A DNA stretch of 64,000 nucleotides from Spirochaetia bacterium (GCA_038204425.1 JBBRCZ010000005.1:32001-96000), one strand, 5' to 3'. Counted from the first letter of the stretch, positions 29,050-39,429 are shown. Notes: generated by a model not told the origin, from the sequence alone. A program made the numbers and translations.

Positions 29050-29238
29050 GATTTGAATTCCCAGAAAAGGTAGAATCTCACAAAGGTTTGTTACCTCCAT
29101 AACCAGAAACCAAACAGTTCCTGCTCGGCCATCTGCGAAAAAAATTAAAGTTTGCACCACACCTAAGATGGAGTTATCTTCTACGTTGACACTGCATCAG
29201 CGAGCAGTGAGACAGTACAATTAGCTAAGGAAGCAACT

Positions 29239-30621
29239 TTGCCAAGACCCAACCGTCGCATAACAGACTCTTCGTCTATCGAACTTAAACTACCCCCCGT
29301 TCAGATGGCTAAGGCAACCTTAGTTGTGCTGCTCGGATTGGGTACAGCGTTAATTGTGCTGCAATTGTTAAACGTCATGGTTATGGTTTTTGTAGCGTTG
29401 GTCATCGCCACGACCGTACACCCCCTACTCGCAACGTTGCAGAGGATTAAGATTCCCAAACCACTTGCAGTTCTGATCATTTATCTATTGGGCTTTGGAG
29501 TATTGGCTGCCCTTTTTGTCTTGGTTATTCCCGTTTTGATTACCCAAGGAAGCGAATTGATTCAGAACTTGCCCCAGATATACGCAGATTTGATAGCCTC
29601 ATTGCAAACAAATAGCAACGAATTTATGCGCGATCTTGCCCAGCGCTTACCCAATGCAGACCAATTAGCGACGCAGATACAAACTCTCAGCGGGGCCATA
29701 TTGACCGGTGCTGTAGGTATTGGAGCGAGCGTACTCGGCTTTTTGGCGCAGGTCGTCAGTATAGTGGTGTTGAGTATTTATCTGACCTATAACCAGTCCA
29801 AGCTTGAGCGATTTTGGGTCTCGTTAGCGCCCCCAAAACGAAGAAGCGAAGTTTTAAACGTGTGGAGAGCCATGGAAGCCAAATTGGGCGGCTACGTTAG
29901 AAGCGAGCTCTTACTTATGGCTTCAGTTGCCGTGTTAGCAAGCGTTGGTTACGCTATTATGGGCCTACCCTACGCTATCGCTTTGGGAGTTTTGGCAGGC
30001 CTCTTGGAGTTTGTTCCAATAGTAGGCCCCATCTTAGGCGCAGTACCCGCTCTGCTGGTGGCACTTTCAATTTCTCCCACGGCGACAATATCTGTTTTGG
30101 TCTATTCGCTTGTCATCCAAGTGCTAGACAATGCGTTTTTAATACCTCGACTGATGGGAAAATCAGTAGGCGTTAGTCCGATAACCGTCATTGTCGCGGT
30201 GTTTGCTTTTTCTACCCTAATGGGGTTAACTGGAGCATTCTTAGCGATACCTTTGGCGGCCATTATCCAAGTTTTAGTCGATCACATGGTTACCAGTGCT
30301 GGCAAGAAAGGCAACGTAAATGCCGTGCTTTCGCCCGACAGTGCAACGGTCAGAGCTCGTATTCAACTTTTGCGGTCAGAGGCTCAATCAAGGTTGCGCG
30401 GTGGATCAAAACGAATAGCCCTAGTCCATGGCGATGCCGACGATCTGGATTTCCAAGCAGATCAGCTGCTAAGCAAGGCGGAGCAAGAGCTGTCAGGCGC
30501 AGATGCGACAGCCCTAACCGATACTGAAGAAGTACACAGCGAACGCTTGGCCGCCGTAGAAATTTTGATCGCGCAGGCAGCAGAAATGGTGGCAGTGGCG
30601 GTAAAGGAAAACAAATCCTAG
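29239..30621 (+). CDS. AI-2E (PerM) family transporter with acidic helical C-terminal extension
   Basis: LGGYVRS, LAGLLEFVPIVGP, IQVLDNAFLIPRLMGKSVGVSP, GAFLAIPLAA. Confidence 0.88.
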   Translation: MPRPNRRITDSSSIELKLPPVQMAKATLVVLLGLGTALIVLQLLNVMVMVFVALVIATTVHPLLATLQRIKIPKPLAVLIIYLLGFGVLAALFVLVIPVLITQGSELIQNLPQIYADLIASLQTNSNEFMRDLAQRLPNADQLATQIQTLSGAILTGAVGIGASVLGFLAQVVSIVVLSIYLTYNQSKLERFWVSLAPPKRRSEVLNVWRAMEAKLGGYVRSELLLMASVAVLASVGYAIMGLPYAIALGVLAGLLEFVPIVGPILGAVPALLVALSISPTATISVLVYSLVIQVLDNAFLIPRLMGKSVGVSPITVIVAVFAFSTLMGLTGAFLAIPLAAIIQVLVDHMVTSAGKKGNVNAVLSPDSATVRARIQLLRSEAQSRLRGGSKRIALVHGDADDLDFQADQLLSKAEQELSGADATALTDTEEVHSERLAAVEILIAQAAEMVAVAVKENKS

Positions 30622-30666
30622 CCGCTGCAACTGCAACTGCAAAATAGACCCGGCACCAAGGCTGGT

Positions 30667-32187
30667 TTACAAGAGCCCGCGTTTAAAGACAATAAAGACT
30701 GTCATAGTGATGGGCAGCAGTATTAACATAAAGAGCTCGCGGTTGAGGTTGGCAAATAGCAAACGTCTGTCAAAGTTATGTAAGAAGCTGAGTTTGGGCC
30801 AAAGGTAGCGGCCCACCAAAATTGCAGCTGCTATGACCAGCAAATCTATTGCAAGGTCCAGCAGGGATAGGCCAGGATTTGCAAGCAGTGAGTGACCAAA
30901 AAGCATCAGATAGAGCGCGCCAAAGACAAGCACCGCCAAGACTGGCCAGAATCGCTTGCCCAAAGCTTTACGCAGTCCGAGTCTATGTTTGGCAAATGCT
31001 GCCACAACAAAGAACGACATACCGAACAATAAGACCTTGTAGACGGACTGACCAGACAAAAAGGCCTGTTTTAAAAAATAAACTGGGCTTGCAAAAAGCC
31101 CAGCCATTGAAAAAATAGCCAAACCTATAATTGGAAGACTGAGTCTGCGCACAAGATAGCGTCCTCCGCGCTGAGAAAGGTCTTCATAACTATAGAACAT
31201 AATACTCTTGTGAAGTGCGTGTATTGGCATATACAAAAATGCAAGATCGTAGTTTTTAAACGAACACATTAAGCCAACCAAACCTACCGTCACCAAGGTG
31301 TTGTGTGCAATAGTTCGTTTTAGGTCGGTTTCAAAAAACATACACAGCGCACCGACAATCATAGTTGCCAACGAGAGATACCTTAGCAGTTCAAAAAATT
31401 CCATCATACCAGCTCGCTCGGCCGGTACTAAGACAAATATATAGAAACCTCTTATGCCGGAAAAAACAGTGAATGAAGCTAGGAAAGACGAAACCAAAGA
31501 ATTGGTCGCCCCATGACAGCTGGCCACCCACCCGGACGCTGGAAAGAGTGCTGCTTTGATCGCAAATGCAATGGCGCACAAAAGCAATCCGAGATCTAAC
31601 CATGGTCGCGCAATTATCTCATGACTTGGATCATAACCAAAACCCATTCCAGCGCCGCCCGCATAGAGCACAATTATGCCAGCCAAGAAGAACAACGAAC
31701 TTATCCCGCCAGTTAGCATGTATTTGATAGAAGCGCCGTAGTTTCCTTTTAGGCCAATTAAGACGTAGGCAGCCATAATCATCAGCTCGTAAAAGACAAA
31801 AAAATTAAAGATGTCTCCAGTAACCAAAAGTCCGATACTACCAGCCAAGAAGAAAAGAAATACCAGCCTAACATTGATTGAGTCCAAACTCTTTAATCGG
31901 AACAAGGCGAAAGCCATAGGAATAAAGAGATTGGCCATAAAAAAAATCTTTTCTTGGCTAAAGTGAAACTGGATGGAAAACGGAAGAGCACTGAGTGCAA
32001 CCAGATAGTTGCCTTCAATTGGCCGAGTAAGAAAGTAAATTACGACAAACGAAACTATTTCTAATATCAAAACCAAGGCCACAACAAATGCCGAGCAGTC
32101 TCGCCGCAAAAGAAAACTGACGCTCAAAATCACCAAGACTCCCAATAAGGGAAAAAAGGCAACTAGCATCCACAAGGCGTCAAACAT
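30667..32187 (-). CDS. Antiporter-like proton-conducting subunit (MrpD/MbhH-like), divergent
   Basis: TGDIFNFFVFYELM, ASIKY, AIKAALFP..W, ETDLKR, HALHKS. Confidence 0.85.
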   Translation of the reverse strand: MFDALWMLVAFFPLLGVLVILSVSFLLRRDCSAFVVALVLILEIVSFVVIYFLTRPIEGNYLVALSALPFSIQFHFSQEKIFFMANLFIPMAFALFRLKSLDSINVRLVFLFFLAGSIGLLVTGDIFNFFVFYELMIMAAYVLIGLKGNYGASIKYMLTGGISSLFFLAGIIVLYAGGAGMGFGYDPSHEIIARPWLDLGLLLCAIAFAIKAALFPASGWVASCHGATNSLVSSFLASFTVFSGIRGFYIFVLVPAERAGMMEFFELLRYLSLATMIVGALCMFFETDLKRTIAHNTLVTVGLVGLMCSFKNYDLAFLYMPIHALHKSIMFYSYEDLSQRGGRYLVRRLSLPIIGLAIFSMAGLFASPVYFLKQAFLSGQSVYKVLLFGMSFFVVAAFAKHRLGLRKALGKRFWPVLAVLVFGALYLMLFGHSLLANPGLSLLDLAIDLLVIAAAILVGRYLWPKLSFLHNFDRRLLFANLNRELFMLILLPITMTVFIVFKRGLL

Positions 32188-32497
32188 TGCCAAGCTCCGA
32201 GACCAAGACAGTCCCTGTCTGACGATAGAGCCTGACTATGACCGCGCATGCCAAGGCATTAAAACACATTCCGATAACAATTGCCGTCAACATGAGGGCT
32301 TGCGGTACAGGATCTACAACAACACGCTGGCTAACATTGAGTATGGGAGCTGCGCCACTGGCAACAAATCCAATCTTTAAAAACTCAAGGATTAACATGC
32401 TTTCTACTATCGAAAGGCACATTACTTTTTTGATCAAATTGTCCACCACAATCAAGCCCCAAACAGCCACAAACAAAAGCCACAGATCAAGATTCAT
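32180..32497 (-). CDS. MrpC/MnhC subunit
   Basis: NLIKKVMCL, VDPVPQALMLTAIVIG; ATGA overlap. Confidence 0.9.
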   Translation of the reverse strand: MNLDLWLLFVAVWGLIVVDNLIKKVMCLSIVESMLILEFLKIGFVASGAAPILNVSQRVVVDPVPQALMLTAIVIGMCFNALACAVIVRLYRQTGTVLVSELGNV

Positions 32498-33213
32498 GTG
32501 CACTTCCCAAGATGCTTCATACCCACTACGGTTAAGACTACAACCATTGCTTCCATCATGGTGTCAAAAACCCTTGGTCCTAGATAAACAAGCGTTACCA
32601 CATTGTTTATTCCCACATGCTGAGCAAGATCGAGCCAAGCTTGCTTATCAGCTCGAACACTAACCTGGCCTGGACTCAAGAAGTAGACAATGAGCATTAT
32701 TGCAAGCAAAAGTAAGCCCAAAACGATGCCGGTAACGCAGCGCTCAATACGACGCCAAGATAAGTTATTTTTTGCCAGAACTATTGGATTAAGTTTCGGG
32801 GCTTGATCCCAAAACAAGAAATTTCTAAAAATTAGCACCATCGACCCCGAGACTTCAAGAAAAATCGCCAGAGAAAGAATAGGAAAAACCGCGTTTGACC
32901 AAATTAGACCTTCAAGTCTCAACTGATAAAGGCCGCCAAACGGTCTTCCTGCAAAAACAAAACCTGCTATTGCTAGAGCAAACAAGACAACAATTCCGCT
33001 CAGTTCTATCTTTTGAAAAACCATGTCCGAGTACATACGGCGCTCCATAACCAACTCCACCACTACCATAATCGATCCAAGCATAACGCCAGCCTGAAAA
33101 CCACCACCGGGAAACGACGCACCATAGGACGCCACATACAGAGAAAAAACTACCGCAAAGGGAAATATCTTGCCCAAAGTAGTCGTAAAAATTGGCGATT
33201 CTCTCAAGTTCAC
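32494..33213 (-). CDS. MrpB/MnhB-domain protein with an MbhE-like segment at its C-terminus
   Basis: PGGGFQAG in the N-terminal half; GINNVVTLVYLGPRVFDTMME at the C-terminus; GTG 33213 overlaps the upstream stop. Confidence 0.8.
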   Translation of the reverse strand: MNLRESPIFTTTLGKIFPFAVVFSLYVASYGASFPGGGFQAGVMLGSIMVVVELVMERRMYSDMVFQKIELSGIVVLFALAIAGFVFAGRPFGGLYQLRLEGLIWSNAVFPILSLAIFLEVSGSMVLIFRNFLFWDQAPKLNPIVLAKNNLSWRRIERCVTGIVLGLLLLAIMLIVYFLSPGQVSVRADKQAWLDLAQHVGINNVVTLVYLGPRVFDTMMEAMVVVLTVVGMKHLGKCT

Positions 33214-33551
33214 AAACTGTCTCCGTTGCTTCCATCGTAGATTTGACAAGGAAGCGTCATTAGACAAGCTTTTTCTGGGTTGGAAAAATCGATGCCTTCT
33301 TTCTGACAAATATGGAGAAATACTTTGATGTCGCGCGCATCGCCGACCGGAATAAACAACGTTCGATTGTAGCTGTACTCTTTCCCAAACAGCGACTTAA
33401 ATGATGCAAACAGGGGCAGTCCTTCGTCGCTAAGGCTTTCTATGCTCTCGCCGTCTAGTACCGAACTATCAAAAAGACCAACTTCCAGGAGGATGGACGA
33501 AATTCTATCAAGCAAACTTTCATCCTTTAAAATAATAATCATTAGCTTCAT
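33210..33551 (-). CDS. Small P-II-like protein
   Basis: 113 aa; MKLMIIIL..ILLEVG..SSVLDGE..PLFASF..YNRTLF pattern suggests a GlnB-like fold. Confidence 0.55.
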   Translation of the reverse strand: MKLMIIILKDESLLDRISSILLEVGLFDSSVLDGESIESLSDEGLPLFASFKSLFGKEYSYNRTLFIPVGDARDIKVFLHICQKEGIDFSNPEKACLMTLPCQIYDGSNGDSL

Positions 33552-33554
33552 GGT

Positions 33555-34040
33555 TTAGGCACTCTCAAAGGCGCTAATATAGTCGATTATGATTTTTGCG
33601 CATTCGTTGCTTTCACCAGCTACAAGCCTATCACGAGCCTCTTGAAAAACTTCTACGGCATCTTCTTGGTTGAGCAAGCGCCCAAGCCGCGCCAAAAGAC
33701 TCAAGTACATTCTACTTTTTGCGTTCGGGAGGATGATACAAAACAGCGCTTGCACCAAATCACCTTTTATCAAATGGATTGCTTTTGGTAAAAGACCCAA
33801 ACTCATTGTGATGTCTGACGCCTCGTCACTGCGAGCATGCACCAGCGCAAAACCCTTGCCAAGATTGATGTCCTGGGGTGCATTGGTGCGGCTTGACGCT
33901 TTGATACTTTGCAAAACATTGAGTTCCAGCTTGGCATTTCCGGCGCACAAACTAACTGCCTGCTTTAGTATTGATTCGTAGCCACTAGCATCCAATAGAA
34001 TAACTCGATCTGGCTTTAAGTAGTCCAAGAGATCAACCAT
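33555..34040 (-). CDS. Stand-alone PTS EIIA (Fru/Mtl/Ntr-type) domain protein
   Basis: LGKGFALVHAR (GxGxAxPH-like His), YLSLLARLGRLL; GGGGAGG RBS. Confidence 0.8.
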   Translation of the reverse strand: MVDLLDYLKPDRVILLDASGYESILKQAVSLCAGNAKLELNVLQSIKASSRTNAPQDINLGKGFALVHARSDEASDITMSLGLLPKAIHLIKGDLVQALFCIILPNAKSRMYLSLLARLGRLLNQEDAVEVFQEARDRLVAGESNECAKIIIDYISAFESA

Positions 34041-34344
34041 GGTCCCTCCCCTTATCTTTTTGTGTATCGCCGCTTTTTTTGTCTTGGTCCTTTTCGGCAG
34101 CAGCATGACCATGGGTAAACTTAATTGCCGTCAAAAACACTAGGCTCGACAAGCCAGCACCAAGTGCTGCTTCAGTTATCGCTATGTCTGGAGCTGAGAG
34201 CAAAAGATAACGCACGGTCATTATCATACCAAAGGCACTCAGCCACATTAATGACCGCAACAATTGCTTGCAAGCCAGAACACCACAAATACAAGCGCCC
34301 GTGAATATCGTCATCAGGACATCAAACACTATCATCGTTATCAT
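34033..34344 (-). CDS. DUF4040 / MbhD-like small subunit
   Basis: LLLSAPDIAITEAALGAGLS motif. Confidence 0.88.
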   Translation of the reverse strand: MITMIVFDVLMTIFTGACICGVLACKQLLRSLMWLSAFGMIMTVRYLLLSAPDIAITEAALGAGLSSLVFLTAIKFTHGHAAAEKDQDKKSGDTQKDKGRDHG

Positions 34345-34633
34345 CTCGCACTCTTTCGTCCATGCGTGAGACTGCCAGGACGTGGGCAACAATCGGAGCG
34401 GTAAAAACCAAAAAAATTACGATCACGACAAACTTCAAAGAAAAGTCAGTCTGCCGTGCGCCAAGGGCCAAACCAATAATGATCGAAATAGAACCCGAAA
34501 CACCGCATTTGGTCGCGGCATGAAACCTTTGAAACAAGTCTGGCAAAATTATGCTGCCGAGACTTCCAAAAAACACAAGAACAAGGCCGCTAATCAGAAA
34601 GAAGCCTTCTAATATTTGCAGTAAAATAGTCAT
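34322..34633 (-). CDS. MrpG/MnhG subunit
   Basis: LPDLFQRFHAATK, TAPIVAHVLA. Confidence 0.88.
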   Translation of the reverse strand: MTILLQILEGFFLISGLVLVFFGSLGSIILPDLFQRFHAATKCGVSGSISIIIGLALGARQTDFSLKFVVIVIFLVFTAPIVAHVLAVSRMDERVRDDNDDSV

Positions 34634-34893
34634 TCTTTTACTCGATCTTGCATGAGTTTGCGAATACGTACAAACGCGACAATTTCGCCAAAGGCCAACA
34701 AAGCATAGACCATTGCAATATCGAGGTAATAACTGGCATTTTCGATCACCGCAAGCGTGCATAAGATTAAGACAATACCAGACGACACCAACGACAAAGC
34801 CATTAAACGATCCTGAAAACTCGGCCCCCTCAGCAAGCGAAAACTAGACATCAAAGTTATTAACCCAAGCACAACCAAAAAAAAATGCATCAT
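34630..34893 (-). CDS. MrpF/MnhF subunit
   Basis: RLLRGPSFQDRLMAL, YLDIAMVYALLAF. Confidence 0.9.
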   Translation of the reverse strand: MMHFFLVVLGLITLMSSFRLLRGPSFQDRLMALSLVSSGIVLILCTLAVIENASYYLDIAMVYALLAFGEIVAFVRIRKLMQDRVKE

Positions 34894-34897
34894 TCTG

Positions 34898-35386
34898 CTA
34901 TCCCAAGACCCGCAGAATCACCGACTCAATCGTGTCTTTGATTTGCCGCCCAGCCTCAACACTGTGGCGAGACTTGAGATCAAAACAATGTACATAAAGA
35001 TAACGACCACTTAACCAAAGCGTTATGGTTCCAGGCACCAAGGTGATACTGTTAGCAAGCATTATTCGCCCCATCGGTGACCTAATTCGCGTCTTGATAC
35101 GCACTACTCCTGATTTGTACTTGCCACCTAACATTCGCCAAATCAAAGAAAAACTTGCTTGGTAGTTTTGGACAATCAAGAGAATAAAATAGATAACAAT
35201 CAAGTCAATCCGGTACAATAGACGACCATGCTTAAGCGTGTTACCTTCCCAAAAAATTCGCCAAGAGAATATGCTTACCAATGCACTGAGCACCACACCC
35301 CAAAGTAGGGAAGTCAAGATCAACTCTTGTGAAAACAAGAGCCATGCCAAAAACAATGCGAACCACAAGCTCAAAAAACGCGCCAT
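34898..35386 (-). CDS. MrpE/MnhE subunit
   Basis: LANSITLVPGTIT, LYVH. Confidence 0.9.
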   Translation of the reverse strand: MARFLSLWFALFLAWLLFSQELILTSLLWGVVLSALVSIFSWRIFWEGNTLKHGRLLYRIDLIVIYFILLIVQNYQASFSLIWRMLGGKYKSGVVRIKTRIRSPMGRIMLANSITLVPGTITLWLSGRYLYVHCFDLKSRHSVEAGRQIKDTIESVILRVLG

Positions 35387-35522
35387 AGTACCTCGTATTC
35401 TCGATTTTCCGCTGCCTGCAGGCTTATGTCAAGCACAGACCGGTCTTCACCATATATCGGTGTATCACGAAGCATTGATATAACCTTGCGCCGGCAGTAT
35501 ACTGCTGCTAGGAGACCCAAAT

Positions 35523-37025
35523 ATGCCACAAACTAAGCCACAAAAAATTATGGGCAAAACTATTGATTATGCAGTTCGAGACCTCGCACTTGCCGAACTT
35601 GGTCGCAAGGAAATAGAAATCGCCGAGCACGAAATGCCAGGGCTTATTGCCACCAAAGAAAAGTATGGACCCAAAAAGTCCCTGGCTGGCGTAAGAGTTT
35701 CTGGCAGCCTCCACATGACCATCCAGACTGCGGTTTTAGCAGAGACACTTGCCGCCCTAGGCGCCAATGTGAGGTGGGCCAGTTGCAATATTTTTAGCAC
35801 CCAAGATCAAGCCGCTAGTGCCATTGCTGTAGGACGACCAGAATCGGGCGGCAGTATCGCCCAACCAAAAGGCATTCCAGTCTTTGCTTGGAAGGGCGAA
35901 AGCTTAGAAGAATATTGGGACTGTACACTCGACGCCCTAACCTTTCCTTCCAAAGATGGCAGTTTTGCACCCGGCAAGACGCTCGGACCAGAGCTGGTAG
36001 TAGACGACGGCGGTGACGCTACTTTGCTCATCCACAAGGGATACGAGCTTGAGAATGGATCTGGCTGGGTCAACGAAGCCTCCGATCGCCACGAAATTGC
36101 GGTCATTAAAGCACTATTAAAACGAAAGCTTGCCGAAGACAAAACCTTTTGGCATCGCGTAGTTGCCGATTGGAAGGGAGTGTCCGAGGAGACTACCACA
36201 GGCGTAAAGCGCCTTTACAAAATGGCAGCAGAAGGCACTCTCTTAGTGCCAGCAATCAACGTAAACGACTCAGTCACCAAGTCCAAATTTGACAACCTCT
36301 ACGGATGCAGAGAGTCCTTAATTGACGGCATCAAACGCGCCACCGACGTCATGCTCTCCGGCAAAGTAGCAGTAGTTTGCGGTTATGGTGATGTTGGAAA
36401 AGGTTGTGCCCAAAGTTTAAGAGGACAAGGTTGCCGCGTGGTCGTAACCGAAATCGACCCCATTTGTGCACTGCAAGCCGCCATGGAAGGCTACCAAGTT
36501 TTAACCATTGAAGACACGCTCGGCTGGGCCGACATCTATGTAACTACCACCGGCAACTGCGATATCATTACGCTCGACCATCTACGTAAAGTCAAAAACC
36601 AAGCAATAGTCTGTAATATTGGCCACTTTGATGATGAGATTCAGGTCGACAAACTCAACAAGGCCAGCGACATCAAACGTGTCAATATTAAACCTCAGAC
36701 CGACAAGTACACCCTGCCAAACGGCAACGAGTTCTATCTGCTGGCTGAAGGTCGCTTAGTCAATCTTGGCTGCGCCACCGGGCACCCAAGCTTTGTAATG
36801 TCCAACAGCTTTACTAACCAAACCTTAGCCCAGATTAAGCTCTGGACCGAACGCGCAAGCCTAAAACCTGGCGTCCAAACCCTACCCAAAGACCTTGACG
36901 AAGAAGTAGCTAGATTGCACTTGGCAAAAGTCGGCGTCAAGCTCACCACCCTGAGCAAGGCCCAGGCCGACTACCTCGGCATCCCCGTACAAGGCCCCTA
37001 CAAACCAGATAGTTATCGTTATTGA
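35523..37025 (+). CDS. ahcY: Adenosylhomocysteinase
   Basis: [49 protein letters not shown]. Confidence 0.97.
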   Translation: MPQTKPQKIMGKTIDYAVRDLALAELGRKEIEIAEHEMPGLIATKEKYGPKKSLAGVRVSGSLHMTIQTAVLAETLAALGANVRWASCNIFSTQDQAASAIAVGRPESGGSIAQPKGIPVFAWKGESLEEYWDCTLDALTFPSKDGSFAPGKTLGPELVVDDGGDATLLIHKGYELENGSGWVNEASDRHEIAVIKALLKRKLAEDKTFWHRVVADWKGVSEETTTGVKRLYKMAAEGTLLVPAINVNDSVTKSKFDNLYGCRESLIDGIKRATDVMLSGKVAVVCGYGDVGKGCAQSLRGQGCRVVVTEIDPICALQAAMEGYQVLTIEDTLGWADIYVTTTGNCDIITLDHLRKVKNQAIVCNIGHFDDEIQVDKLNKASDIKRVNIKPQTDKYTLPNGNEFYLLAEGRLVNLGCATGHPSFVMSNSFTNQTLAQIKLWTERASLKPGVQTLPKDLDEEVARLHLAKVGVKLTTLSKAQADYLGIPVQGPYKPDSYRY

Positions 37026-37029
37026 TATT

Positions 37030-37119
37030 GGTGGGGGCGAGCCCGCCCCCTGGAGCGCACGCAGTTGCGCTCCACCCCCACCTACGGGGGTCTACGAAAA
37101 GCCAAAATGTTGACCCCCG
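37030..37119. repeat. GC-rich multi-hairpin palindromic element
   Basis: GGTGGGGG/CCCCCACC, GGGGGCG/CGCCCCC, TGGAGCGCA/TGCGCTCCA and CGGGGGTC/GACCCCCG inverted repeats. Confidence 0.6.
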
Positions 37120-37179
37120 GACCCCATTTTGTTCGCTTAATCGAGTAATTGGTTATTTCTCTCTTGATAGTATAAACTA

Positions 37180-38781
37180 ATGTCTGTGGATAAAGAGACT
37201 GGGATAGAACCCCAAGTAGAACTTGACAGACTGACAAAAGCTCTAAAAGACCGAACGACGCACCTAGACAACCTGCCTTACTTGGTTTACTCGGTAGCGG
37301 TGGAGACAGAAAGAGGCGGCAAACTACGCTTTCCGTTTGTATATGTTAACCTTGCCCATGTTGCCACCGTCGGGGCAGACAAACAAGCTGATCTTATCGG
37401 CAAGACGGACTTTTCAATCTTCAAAAAATCCTCAGCCAGTAAGGCTTATCTTGACTATTGTTATGTGGTGACCCACGGCCAAGCTGTCGAAAAAGAAGAA
37501 ACACTCGCAGACCAAAACGGCAAACAGCATGTCTTTCAAGTAAGCAAAAAGCCTGTTTTGGACGACCAGGGCAAAGTAACGCGTATTGACGGGGTTTCTA
37601 TTGATATCACCCACGAAAAAGAACTTGAGGCCGAACTCGTCTACCACCAAGCCTTGACCAGCGCCGCCTACCTCAACAGCCCTGATGGCATTGTTCAAAT
37701 TGACTACGAGACCGGCGACATAATTTTGGCAAACAAGCGTTTTCATATAATGAACGAATATTGTGTCGAGCTCAAAGGCGTCAAGCTCAGCCGAAAAGCT
37801 TCTCAATTTTTGATGGGTTCACAGGGCATGGATTGCAGCAAAACGGGAGAATACTCCAGAGTTTTTTTGACGCCCTTAGCCACAAGAGTGGAACTCGATG
37901 GTTTGCTCTCCTACGTAAAAGACGAGGAAAAGCCTCTCTTTGTCTATGCCTTTGATTTGGTTCAACACGATGACTACCGATTGATTGGCAATCCAATCTC
38001 AGTTATCAATTTGCACAATGCCAATCTAAGTGACAGGAAGAAGTACTTGAGGCAGCTTGAGGACGGACCGCTCTGCTCGGATATTCAACACATTACTAGA
38101 ACCAAACAAATTATCTTAGTGCGGTCCAATCACCATATTGTAAATTTGCGCGCTAAGAAGATTGTCATCGGCAATGACCGCGATATCACCCAACAAGAGC
38201 ATGACCGTGATATGTTAGAACGCAAGACTCGCGAACTCGCTGAGGCCAATAAAAAACTGGAACAATTGGCATTGCAGCACCCCGTTTCGGGCCTGCCAAA
38301 CAGGCGTTTGTTGGAAATTAATGCCTGCAATGCACTCAATGGTGCCAAACGTTCACGGGACTCGGCGGTCTACGTAGGGTTGATCTTTATGGACATGGAG
38401 CATTTTAAAGAGGTAAACGACAACCACGGCCACGAGGCTGGCGATATAGTGCTCAAAGAAATTGGGCGCCGTTTACAATCTGTCATCAAACGTAAAACTG
38501 ATACCGTGGCGCACCTAGGCGGTGACGAATTTTCCATTCTCTTGCCCGACTTAAAAAACCCCGCACTCTTGCTTAGTCTTGTAAACGAAATCCGGAACAC
38601 AATAGAAAAAACACCCTATGACATTGGGGGCAAGACCGTTCGTCTGGGCGTTAGCATTGGCACTAGCGCCTTCACCGTTGATGGCGAACATCCTCATTCT
38701 TTAGAGCGCTTTAGAGAGCTCTTAAACATCGCCGACCAACGAATGTATACTGACAAACAGACTCGGCGAGTTTCTGAGTAA
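37180..38781 (+). CDS. PAS-domain diguanylate cyclase
   Basis: PAS/PAC segments, SGLPNRR, VNDNHGHEAGD, RKTD I-site, LGGDEF. Confidence 0.9.
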   Translation: MSVDKETGIEPQVELDRLTKALKDRTTHLDNLPYLVYSVAVETERGGKLRFPFVYVNLAHVATVGADKQADLIGKTDFSIFKKSSASKAYLDYCYVVTHGQAVEKEETLADQNGKQHVFQVSKKPVLDDQGKVTRIDGVSIDITHEKELEAELVYHQALTSAAYLNSPDGIVQIDYETGDIILANKRFHIMNEYCVELKGVKLSRKASQFLMGSQGMDCSKTGEYSRVFLTPLATRVELDGLLSYVKDEEKPLFVYAFDLVQHDDYRLIGNPISVINLHNANLSDRKKYLRQLEDGPLCSDIQHITRTKQIILVRSNHHIVNLRAKKIVIGNDRDITQQEHDRDMLERKTRELAEANKKLEQLALQHPVSGLPNRRLLEINACNALNGAKRSRDSAVYVGLIFMDMEHFKEVNDNHGHEAGDIVLKEIGRRLQSVIKRKTDTVAHLGGDEFSILLPDLKNPALLLSLVNEIRNTIEKTPYDIGGKTVRLGVSIGTSAFTVDGEHPHSLERFRELLNIADQRMYTDKQTRRVSE

Positions 38782-38879
38782 GACGAACGCAAACGGCGTC
38801 ATTAACATTTTTACCAATGGGTAGACAAACAAACTACTTCGATTTTCAGCTTCTGCTGCTTCGCTCAGCGTTTTTGTAA

Positions 38880-39425
38880 CTATGGCTTAGGCGGTAAGTC
38901 AAGTAGGTCGAGCAGCTCAAGCGGGTCGTCGTGAACATTGAGCAATGAGCGAATTTCTTGTTTCATAAAGTCTTCTTCAACCATACGATCAAACATAGCG
39001 AGCAGCGGATCAAAATAGCCAGCAATGTTTAAGAGTCCCATAGTTTTTCCGTGATACCCCAATTGCCGCCAAGTAAATACCTCTGCCATCTCGTCCAGAG
39101 TACCGATGCCTCCCGGCAAGACCAAAAAGGCGTCTGCCCGTTGGTACATCAAGGCTTTGCGTTCGTGCATACCGGGCGTCACCACCAGCTCGCTCAGTTC
39201 TTCGTGGCTCACTATGTCGCGCAAGCGCTCGGGAATAATGCCAGCCACATGGCCGCCGGCAGCCATGACCGTGTGGGACAAAATACCCATCAGACCTTGG
39301 TTGCCACCACCGTAAATTAACTGGACGCCACGCCGAGCAAGTTCCAAACCCAGACTTTTTGCTGCCTGAGCATATTCAGGTTTTTGGCCCAAATTGGCAC
39401 CGCAAAATACGCAAACACTAGCCAT
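38880..39425 (-). CDS. LOG family nucleotide phosphoribohydrolase (TIGR00730-like)
   Basis: VCVFCGA, YGGG..GLMG, MHERK, PGGIGTLDE. Confidence 0.92.
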   Translation of the reverse strand: MASVCVFCGANLGQKPEYAQAAKSLGLELARRGVQLIYGGGNQGLMGILSHTVMAAGGHVAGIIPERLRDIVSHEELSELVVTPGMHERKALMYQRADAFLVLPGGIGTLDEMAEVFTWRQLGYHGKTMGLLNIAGYFDPLLAMFDRMVEEDFMKQEIRSLLNVHDDPLELLDLLDLPPKP

Positions 39426-39429
39426 ATAT

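Noticed and set aside
30625..30642. CTGCAA x3 tandem repeat
   Set aside because: Too short; lies between convergent stop codons with no evident function.
35390..35522. SAH riboswitch upstream of ahcY
   Set aside because: Conserved GAGGAGCG..CAGGCUC..CGCU elements not found; only a 12-bp palindrome GCAGTATACTGC.
37030..37119. tRNA or CRISPR interpretation of the GC-rich hairpins
   Set aside because: No T-loop or D-loop consensus and no repeat-spacer periodicity.
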